Part shown: positions 25,422 through 32,000 of the stretch, in pieces
Numbering within the stretch: position 1 is the first letter of the stretch
Layout of the letters: each line of letters opens with the position of its first letter
Assembly: GCF_000017845.1 (NCBI RefSeq)
Contig: NC_010546.1
Coordinates: forward strand, 2,430,001-2,462,000
Direction: 5' to 3'
DNA: 32,000 bases
Source of the DNA: Crocosphaera subtropica ATCC 51142
Lineage (GTDB): Bacteria; Cyanobacteriota; Cyanobacteriia; Cyanobacteriales; Microcystaceae
Program-made: the position numbers and the translations under genes
The notes under the pieces: model-generated
What the model saw: only the letters and a program-made list of their open reading frames with translations
Databases searched by the model: none
What the model was told of the DNA's origin: nothing

Positions 25422-26690
25422 ATGGATTTAACCGTTGCTACTCAATTAGCGATCGCTTTAATCTTGGGCTTAATTATTGGTATAGAACGGGGTTGGAAAA
25501 CCCGTGAAGACCCTGATGGACTGGGAGATGGGGGGATTCGTAACTTTGGTTTAAGTGGGCTATTTGGGGGCATTGCTGCGGTCTTAGCGGATAAATGGGG
25601 CATCGGTATATTAGCAGTAATTTTTTTGGGGTTATCTCTTGTTATCGTTACCTCTTATGTCCTAACGGCCAAAAAATCTAAAGATTATGGGACAACCACA
25701 GAAATTGCCCTATTGATGACCTTTAGTTTAGGGGCTATGGTGGTGAGTGGTTGGATGATAGAAGCAGTAGCGATCGCCGTTATTGTTGCGTGGTTATTGG
25801 GGTTAAAAGAAGAGTTAAGTCGCTATTTATTATTACTACAACGTCGAGAGTTAATTGCTACCTTACAATTATTATTAATTGCGTCGGTATTTTTTCCTCT
25901 TTTGCCCAATGAAAATATAGGCCCTTGGGAAGCTATTAATCCCCGTTCCATTGGTTTATTAGTGTTATTAATTTCAGGAATTTCTTATGTTGGTTATTTT
26001 TCCATTCGCATTTTAGGCAATCAAGTCGGTTTACTATTAACAGGCTTTTTCGGGGGAATTGCTTCGTCTACCGCCTTAACTTTAGCTTTTTCTCGTATGG
26101 CAAAAACTCGTCAAGATATTACTATTTTATTAGCTGCTGGCATTGCTTTGGCAAATGGTATGATGGCACCGAGATTATTAATAGAAATTATGGTGGTTAA
26201 TGGTAGTTTAGCGCAACAATTAATTACACCGTTGATAGTATTAGCAATTATTCCCATAGTTTGTGCCGGTTTATTAGTTTGGCGGTTATCTCCTCCTAAG
26301 TCAACTACTCCTCTTAAACTATCAAATCCAGTCGAATTAGGTGCAGCTTTACAATATGCTGCTTTATTAGCTATTTTATCGGTATTGGTTCGTGCTGCTC
26401 AAAGTTGGTTCGGAGATAGTGGAGTTTATCTATTATCGGCTATTTCTGGTCTAGTTGATGTGGATGCAGTTGGCATTTCTTTAGCTAAAGCTGCTAACGA
26501 TACCATGGCCTCACAAGTTGCTATAATTGGCACGTTATTAGCAGTCACCATGAATACCATTGTTAAAGTAGGAATGACTGCTATAATTGGGGGGAAAGTG
26601 TTAGCTTATTGGTGCGGTGGGATTCTTTTTGGTTCCCTTGTATTGAGTATATTAATTCTCATAGCTAATGTTTCAGTAATCAGTTATTAG
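25422..26690 (+). CDS. MgtC/SapB family membrane protein with a C-terminal DUF4010-like domain
   Basis: The N-terminus GLIIGIERGW...GIRNFGL resembles MgtC. About 10 or more TM helices cover the 422 aa. Confidence 0.75.
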   Translation: MDLTVATQLAIALILGLIIGIERGWKTREDPDGLGDGGIRNFGLSGLFGGIAAVLADKWGIGILAVIFLGLSLVIVTSYVLTAKKSKDYGTTTEIALLMTFSLGAMVVSGWMIEAVAIAVIVAWLLGLKEELSRYLLLLQRRELIATLQLLLIASVFFPLLPNENIGPWEAINPRSIGLLVLLISGISYVGYFSIRILGNQVGLLLTGFFGGIASSTALTLAFSRMAKTRQDITILLAAGIALANGMMAPRLLIEIMVVNGSLAQQLITPLIVLAIIPIVCAGLLVWRLSPPKSTTPLKLSNPVELGAALQYAALLAILSVLVRAAQSWFGDSGVYLLSAISGLVDVDAVGISLAKAANDTMASQVAIIGTLLAVTMNTIVKVGMTAIIGGKVLAYWCGGILFGSLVLSILILIANVSVISY

Positions 26691-26693
26691 TAA

Positions 26694-26965
26694 ACAATGA
26701 TTAGTTAACGGTCATCACTGATCAGTTATCTATCAATAGTGATCAATGATTTATTACTAATGATCAATCATTCATCAACAGTGATCAGTCATTTATAACC
26801 AGCGATCAATCATTCATCAACAATGATCAATGATTTAATAACAGCGATCAATTATTCATCAACGGTGATCAATAATTAAGTAACAATGATCAGTTATTCA
26901 TCAACAGTGATCAATGATTAAGTAACAATGGTCAGTTATTAATTATCGGTCATTGGTCAGTGTTC
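26694..26965. repeat. Phased tandem array of ten exact-length 21-nt units (26719..26928), each beginning (T/C)GATCA, with degenerate flanking units
   Basis: The units read tgatcagttatctatcaatag, tgatcaatgatttattactaa, tgatcaatcattcatcaacag and so on. They alternate between two subtypes, giving a 42-nt super-period. The flanks decay to GATTA and GGTCA. The array is non-coding. Confidence 0.9.
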
Positions 26966-26993
26966 TTAGTTTATTGTTAAAATTTACATCAGT

Positions 26994-27587
26994 ATGGCTT
27001 TAAAATTCTTTCAAAAACCAGAAACCGATAATAGCGATCGCGTTCCTCCAGGACAATATTTAGCCAAAGGGTTTCCTGTTTTAACCTACGGTGACACTCC
27101 TCACATAAGTACAGATAATTGGCAATTTAAAGTCTGGGGTTTAGTGACACCAAAAACCTTTTCTTGGTCAGATTTTATGAGTTTACCTCATCATGAATTT
27201 ACCAAAGATTTTCACTGTGTTACCCGTTGGTCAAAATTAGATGTGAAATGGACAGGAATCAAAATTACAGACTTTATCAATTTATTAGACGTTGATCCCA
27301 AAGCAACCGATGTCATGCAACATTGTTATGGAGGTTATACCACTAATTTACCTTTAAAAGATTTTGTTTTAGAAGATAACTTTTTTGCTTTTAAACTATT
27401 AGGAGAACCCTTACCTCCTGATCATGGTGGGCCAATGCGTACGGTTATTCCTCATCTCTACGCTTGGAAAAGTGCAAAATGGATTAATGGGTTAGAATTT
27501 TTGCCGAAAGATGAATTAGGCTTCTGGGAAAAAAACGGTTATCATCGACGGGGTGATCCCTGGAAAGAAGAACGATATGGGGGATAA
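26994..27587 (+). CDS. Molybdopterin-dependent oxidoreductase (sulfite oxidase-like / YedY-MsrP-like catalytic domain)
   Basis: This 197-aa product has DFHCVTRWSKLDVKWTG, GGPMRTVIPHLYAWKSAKW and GYHRRGDPW. Confidence 0.8.
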   Translation: MALKFFQKPETDNSDRVPPGQYLAKGFPVLTYGDTPHISTDNWQFKVWGLVTPKTFSWSDFMSLPHHEFTKDFHCVTRWSKLDVKWTGIKITDFINLLDVDPKATDVMQHCYGGYTTNLPLKDFVLEDNFFAFKLLGEPLPPDHGGPMRTVIPHLYAWKSAKWINGLEFLPKDELGFWEKNGYHRRGDPWKEERYGG

Positions 27588-27652
27588 TTGATAATTAATA
27601 ATGAATAATTAATAATTTAGGAGAAAAAACAACCATAATTAATAAAAATTGT

Positions 27653-29767
27653 TTGCCTTACTCTGTTAGTATTGTTCTGTTTACTCGTTTTCCCGATCCA
27701 GGAAAGGTAAAAACCCGTTTAGCTTGGGATATTGGCGATCGCACAGCAATGGAGATCCATCGTTATCTCATGAGTCAAATGTTGAGACTATTACTCCGTG
27801 AGATAGATGGGGTTAATATTATTGTTAATTACACAGGAGTCGATAGTGTTAACAAAATGATCGACAGTTTTGATCCTGATTTACGATTAGATATTAACCA
27901 AGGAATTAAGTCTGGTATTCTTTCGTTTATTCAACAACCGTCATCCTCTTTCGGGGAACGAATGAATGCGATCGCTAAACAGCTAGGAAAGGTAATAATA
28001 ATTGGTTCTGATATCCCAGGAATTACTGCTGATATTTTAAATGAAGCTATTAAATGTTTAAACCGAGAAGAAGCAGCGATCGCTTTAACCGAGGATGAGG
28101 GTTATTATCTCATTGCGTTACCTTATTATAGTGATGTGTTTACCAGCATTAATTATAGTTTAAAAAATGTTTATCAACAGACGTATAGTTTGATGGAAAA
28201 AAACTATGCTGCTGCATCTATTCTTAATCATACTTTAGTAGATATTGATGAAGTTAACGATCTTGAATTTTTGGGTTTAACAGACTTAATACAACAAAAT
28301 CAAATTGAGATTTCTGTTATTATTCCTACTTTGAACGAAGTCAAATCTATTTATGAGACATTAGTTAATGTAGTTAAACAGGCCAAAACAGTAAATAATC
28401 TAGAAATCTTAGTCATTGATGGAGGAAGCAACGACGATACTTTACAACGGGTTGAAGACTTTAAAAAAGACTATTCCCATGTTTTCATACAGTCGTTAAT
28501 TATATCCTCTTTGGGTCGTGCTTTTCAGATGAATACAGGGTTAAGACATTCATCAGGAAAGTATCTTGTATTTTGTCATGCAGATACCTTATTACCGTCA
28601 GAATGGGACAAAAAAATAGTCTCTGTTTTAAGCAATAAAAACGTTAAATTAGCTTATTTCGATTTGCAATTTCAACACAATCATTTAGGATTAAAATGGG
28701 TTGCTTGGACCGCTAATCATATCAGGCGATCGCCTTATGGGGATCAGGTATTTTGTGTGAGACGAAATGATTTTAAAGCAATTGGGGGGTTTGATTATCT
28801 TGCCTTGTTAGAAGATGTTACTTTATTTGACAATAAAATTGATTATCAACACTGTCAAAAAATTCCTGAAACCGTTATTACTAATGCCCGTAAATATAGT
28901 AATAAAAAAAGTGAATATACTTATCTATCTATCTTTAAAAATGTTGGTAAAAATTTTGCTATAATGGCAGGAAAAAATTTATTAAACTTACCCGCTTGTC
29001 AATTAAGAAAAATTCATTATGGTTCATCCCATCATTATGAATTATTAGAAGTTCCTTTTCAAGATAAAATCTATACATTTAAGTATTATTTTCCAAAACA
29101 ATTAAGCCATAAACTTTTAATCTGGAAAAAGGTATATTATCAACAATCGATGAATCAATTAATCCCTACAATTTTAAATTATTGTCAAGGTGATGATATT
29201 TTTATCGATGTAGGGGCTAATGTAGGAATAATTAGTTGTTTACTGAGTATGGTACTAGCTAAATATCTTATCAAAACTGATATTCTTGCCTTTGAAACTG
29301 TTCCTTATCTGTATCAACTCTTTAAAGATAACTATTCCCTTTATATTAATGAAACAAGAAATAAAATTCATCTAGAAAATATAGATTTAGGAGATAAAGA
29401 AGAACATTATCACTTACAATTAGATAAGAAATCAGATAATTTTAGGGATAAAACAGAAGGGAATAATATTATAAAAGTGAAACAGATAGCCTTAGATGAT
29501 TATCAGTTTCCCATTGAGAAAAAAATTAGCGTCATTAAACTAGATTTAGACGGAACTCAATTAAACAGACTCAAGGGAATGAGAAAAACAATTCAACAAC
29601 ACCAACCCATTTTAGTCTTAACTTCATCAATTCCTCCTTTTTTCAATGCTCAAGATGATGCTAAAAATGATATTAAAGCTACCATTCAATTACTTAATCA
29701 TTTAAACTATCAACTAGATAAATTTAGTTCGATTGATTACATAGCTCATCCTAAGCTCAATATATGA
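27653..29767 (+). CDS. Three-domain fusion: DUF2064-type transferase (TIGR04282-like), family-2 glycosyltransferase (TIGR04283-like) and FkbM-family methyltransferase
   Basis: The start is a TTG. Domain 1 has SIVLFTRFPDPGKVKTRLA and GYYLIAL. Domain 2 has ISVIIPTLNE, LVIDGGSNDDT, GRAFQMNTG, FCHADTLLP, YGDQVFCVRR and LLEDV. Domain 3 has FIDVGANVGI and VIKLDLDGTQLNRLKG. Confidence 0.8.
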   Translation: MPYSVSIVLFTRFPDPGKVKTRLAWDIGDRTAMEIHRYLMSQMLRLLLREIDGVNIIVNYTGVDSVNKMIDSFDPDLRLDINQGIKSGILSFIQQPSSSFGERMNAIAKQLGKVIIIGSDIPGITADILNEAIKCLNREEAAIALTEDEGYYLIALPYYSDVFTSINYSLKNVYQQTYSLMEKNYAAASILNHTLVDIDEVNDLEFLGLTDLIQQNQIEISVIIPTLNEVKSIYETLVNVVKQAKTVNNLEILVIDGGSNDDTLQRVEDFKKDYSHVFIQSLIISSLGRAFQMNTGLRHSSGKYLVFCHADTLLPSEWDKKIVSVLSNKNVKLAYFDLQFQHNHLGLKWVAWTANHIRRSPYGDQVFCVRRNDFKAIGGFDYLALLEDVTLFDNKIDYQHCQKIPETVITNARKYSNKKSEYTYLSIFKNVGKNFAIMAGKNLLNLPACQLRKIHYGSSHHYELLEVPFQDKIYTFKYYFPKQLSHKLLIWKKVYYQQSMNQLIPTILNYCQGDDIFIDVGANVGIISCLLSMVLAKYLIKTDILAFETVPYLYQLFKDNYSLYINETRNKIHLENIDLGDKEEHYHLQLDKKSDNFRDKTEGNNIIKVKQIALDDYQFPIEKKISVIKLDLDGTQLNRLKGMRKTIQQHQPILVLTSSIPPFFNAQDDAKNDIKATIQLLNHLNYQLDKFSSIDYIAHPKLNI

Positions 29768-29782
29768 AATAAAAAATCATTT

Positions 29783-29842
29783 AACTCTGCACTCTGAACC
29801 CCTAACCTTGTGCTGAACAATAGTGAAGTATCTGAACTCACC
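29783..29842. repeat. Degenerate heptamer repeat, the complement orientation of the GAGTTCR family
   Basis: Read directly: aactctg cactctg aacccct aaccttg ... tctgaactcacc. The reverse complement resembles the 25023 repeat (GGGTTAG, CAGAGTK). It lies downstream of the fusion-gene stop. Confidence 0.55.
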
Positions 29843-29932
29843 TTAAGCTCCTTAACGTATTTTTTACTTTTGCCTGGTTTGGTAGAAGCATTCAAGCCAT
29901 TGGCGAACTAACTTTAAGAAGGAGAGCAAGCG

Positions 29933-30541
29933 ATGATGCAACCATTGACAAAGCAACAGAGATGGATAACTGGAACGCTCGCCGGCCTACTATTGGGAAC
30001 AAGTTTGGTGGGAGTTGCCGTTAAAACCCAAGCAGAAGAGGAAGTGAAACCAGAACAAGCAGAACAAGAGCAGGTAATGAGTAAAGAGGAGCAAGCAAAA
30101 CAAGCGCAAGCAAAAGCTCTTAAACTTGTCACTAAGATGACAGAAGCACAACGTTCCTATTACGAAAAAAATGGAGAATTTAAGGTTGTTATTGATGAAA
30201 TCGCCGAAGATTTAGACCTTACTTTACCTTCGAGCTTTAATTACGCCATTCGAACCAGTTTTCAAGGGGCTTACATTTACGTTTTGCCGTCTAAAAGTCC
30301 CCTTGCTGACCAACTAAAAGCCTATGTTGGGGGAGCTTTTATTAAGTCTCCTCAAAAAGATTCAGAAAATGAGAATCAGAAACAAGAAATCGTTACAATT
30401 ATTTGCGAAACCACCGAAACAGGGCGCAGACGACCAGCAGACCCCCAAATAGCTAGAGCGAAAGAGGTGAACTCAACCACTGAACCATCCTTATCCTGTG
30501 CAGATTCTACCGTACCAGCACCAAAGTCTAACCAAAAATAA
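29933..30541 (+). CDS. Type IV pilin-like G/H family protein (cyanobacterial secreted form without a classical prepilin leader)
   Basis: A signal-like N-terminus is followed by a Glu/Gln/Lys-rich linker. The core AQRSYYEKNGEFKVVIDEI...FNYAIRT...AYVGGAF resembles the pilin-like A.QAYY.EN..F motif. Confidence 0.5.
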   Translation: MMQPLTKQQRWITGTLAGLLLGTSLVGVAVKTQAEEEVKPEQAEQEQVMSKEEQAKQAQAKALKLVTKMTEAQRSYYEKNGEFKVVIDEIAEDLDLTLPSSFNYAIRTSFQGAYIYVLPSKSPLADQLKAYVGGAFIKSPQKDSENENQKQEIVTIICETTETGRRRPADPQIARAKEVNSTTEPSLSCADSTVPAPKSNQK

Positions 30542-30563
30542 TCGTTCTTCTTTTATACATATT

Positions 30564-30591
30564 GTAAGGGTCAACGGCCGTTGACCCTTAC
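30564..30591. terminator. 28-nt perfect palindrome GTAAGGGTCAACGG|CCGTTGACCCTTAC between convergent genes
   Basis: I verified by eye that the reverse complement of the left half equals the right half. It sits between the stops at 30541 (+) and 30637 (-). Confidence 0.55.
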
Positions 30592-30636
30592 TGGTAAAAA
30601 TTAGTAAGATAAGGGTTTGAGACTTCAATACAGTTA

Positions 30637-32000
30637 TCAATTTTCACTAGGAATGGTGATGTTATTCTGTCTGATAAATTGCTCAATCGCTCGACCTAAC
30701 TTAAGAGAAGATTCTTCAGTAATAATATACGTTTTAAATTCCTGGTCTTGACTTAAATATTCCCCATAAGCTGACTGTAGAAAAGGACGATATTGAGGAT
30801 TATTTTCGATATATACTTCAAAAAAAGATAGCATCATTGAGTTGGTATAACTATCTAATAGTTGAGGACTAGGAAGGGTTAATTTAGTGGTTTTTTGTAC
30901 TGTATCAATAATCCCTGCATCCAGTTGAGAAAAATCTACATGGGCTTGTCCTTCTTGTAATTGGAGGTATTTGTCAGGAACTTCAAGGCGAGGAAAAGAA
31001 ACTGCTTGTTCAAAAATAAAAGGCGTTGCTGGATCATAACTTCCAGCAGAAATAAAGACAGGAATATCAATTTTTGCTAAAGATTTACTGCCAAAAAGAC
31101 CTGAATTAACAGGATTGACTACGAATAGGGCTGTAACTCTTTCATCTTTAAAGTTATAGTCTTTTCTTTCTAATTTTAAAGCCCGACATTGCAACAATAA
31201 AGCTGTATTTAAGTCCCCTATTTCCAGGTCACACATTTGTTTTAACCGTTCAAAGTCAGGAGTTGCACCAGCGACAGCTAACACCGTATAACCTCCAAAA
31301 GAATGACCCACAACACCCACATTATTAAGGTCTAATTTCCCTGAAAACTGGCCTTGATTACGTCTTTCTAATTCATCAATGGTATAACTAATATCAAGGG
31401 GTCGATCAATAAATTCCTCGCGAATAAAAATTTGTCGAGATAATCCTTCTAAAAAGGCTTTTGTTTGTTGAATATCGCTACCTGGATGTTGAGGAACCGC
31501 CACCACATAACCATAGGAAGCTAAATGTCTAGCCCACTTTCCAAAGTCTTCGGGCCGAGAGGCTAACCCATGCGAAATAACCACCACCGGAACCGATTCA
31601 TCGGCTAAGGTTTGGGGTTGATACATTTCCACATAAAAGGCGCGATCGCGATTTCTATCAACTAAGTTCCACCGATAATTGCTAACTGTAAAAGGACCCG
31701 GTTGACGGGGATCGGTTAATTGAGAAAAATCCACATCTGGATCTTGTTGGGCTTCGGCTTGGGCTAATTTTTCGACTTCTTCGGTAAATAAATAAGTCCC
31801 CTGAACAATCAATTCTATTTCTCGTGATAATTCGATGGCTTTTTTAACATCAATTTGTACATCTGTGGCGAGTCTATTTAAGAAATTAATTAAGGTTAAT
31901 CCGGCTGGATTAAAAGCAGCTTGAACTAAAGCCCCTCTAATCAGATACTTACCATTTCTTCCGCCTTGAATATTAAAAACTTTACCCACATAATTTAAGA
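30637..32000 (-). CDS. Alpha/beta hydrolase with an N-terminal DUF1400-like region. The 5' end is probably beyond the window end.
   Basis: The nucleophile elbow is GHSFGG, with VVISHGLAS also present. The frame stays open upstream of the tracker's GTG at 31989 (..LNY-V-GKVF), to nt 32000. The first residues resemble the end of a DUF1400 domain (IRGALVQAAFNPAGLTLINFL). Confidence 0.8.
   Translation of the reverse strand, partial: LNYVGKVFNIQGGRNGKYLIRGALVQAAFNPAGLTLINFLNRLATDVQIDVKKAIELSREIELIVQGTYLFTEEVEKLAQAEAQQDPDVDFSQLTDPRQPGPFTVSNYRWNLVDRNRDRAFYVEMYQPQTLADESVPVVVISHGLASRPEDFGKWARHLASYGYVVAVPQHPGSDIQQTKAFLEGLSRQIFIREEFIDRPLDISYTIDELERRNQGQFSGKLDLNNVGVVGHSFGGYTVLAVAGATPDFERLKQMCDLEIGDLNTALLLQCRALKLERKDYNFKDERVTALFVVNPVNSGLFGSKSLAKIDIPVFISAGSYDPATPFIFEQAVSFPRLEVPDKYLQLQEGQAHVDFSQLDAGIIDTVQKTTKLTLPSPQLLDSYTNSMMLSFFEVYIENNPQYRPFLQSAYGEYLSQDQEFKTYIITEESSLKLGRAIEQFIRQNNITIPSEN

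Noticed and set aside
26694-26965. The repeat array as a CRISPR array, a coding repeat or a replication origin
   Set aside because: The units are contiguous 21-mers with no unique spacers and no nearby cas genes, so it is not CRISPR. A TGA recurs every 21 nt in one frame on each strand, the other frames have TGA or TAA stops, and no track ORF covers the region, so it is non-coding. I saw no DnaA-box-like TT(A/T)TCCACA and no dnaA or dnaN nearby, so an oriC role is unsupported.
29914-30132. Cys-rich minus-strand ORF 29914..30132 (CACFACSSLLITCSCSACS)
   Set aside because: It looked superficially like a Cys-rich peptide. However, it is the antisense reading of the Glu/Gln/Ala/Lys-rich (GAA/CAA/GCA) linker of the pilin-like gene, and those codons read backwards give TGC, TGT and TCT. 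It is a composition artefact.

Overview
The window looks like a chromosomal segment of an AT-rich, probably unicellular, cyanobacterium. I counted at least 20 copies of the HIP1 octamer GCGATCGC by eye, and the gene set is typical: gap2, bamA-lpxC, purC, ggpS. All protein-family calls come from motifs I recognise in the supplied translations; no database search was run.

Gene content, left to right:
- a 5'-truncated hybrid histidine kinase plus a REC-GGDEF response regulator
- gap2, broken by a 1-nt frameshift
- lpxC and bamA (minus strand) and purC
- conserved hypotheticals and a ProA-like protein that lacks the catalytic Cys
- a putative TPR/beta-barrel protein and an MscS-family channel
- a double-NBD ABC ATPase and an SRPBCC-like protein
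- a thioredoxin / HMA2-like / DUF5132-like cluster
- ggpS
- a small toxin-antitoxin islet: hicBA, an orphan antitoxin-like gene and a 7-codon PIN-like remnant
- a CrtISO-like oxidoreductase, a glutaredoxin-like protein and an MgtC/DUF4010 protein
- a molybdopterin oxidoreductase
- a 704-aa DUF2064-GT2-FkbM fusion
- a pilin-like protein and a truncated alpha/beta hydrolase

I found no rRNA, intact tRNA, CRISPR array or transposase, and no clear-cut novel multi-gene system. The most unusual items are:
1. An exactly phased array of ten 21-nt units (degenerate flanks extend it to about 270 bp), each carrying a GATC (TGATCA in eight, CGATCA in two), upstream of the molybdoenzyme gene.
2. The gap2 frameshift, which falls inside the catalytic [12 protein letters not shown] motif.
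3. The three-domain transferase fusion.
4. The trx/HMA2-like/DUF5132-like cluster of unknown function.
5. The Cys-less ProA paralogue, tightly linked to a zinc-ribbon membrane protein.
6. Unlisted small ORFs and decayed toxin-antitoxin remnants next to ggpS.
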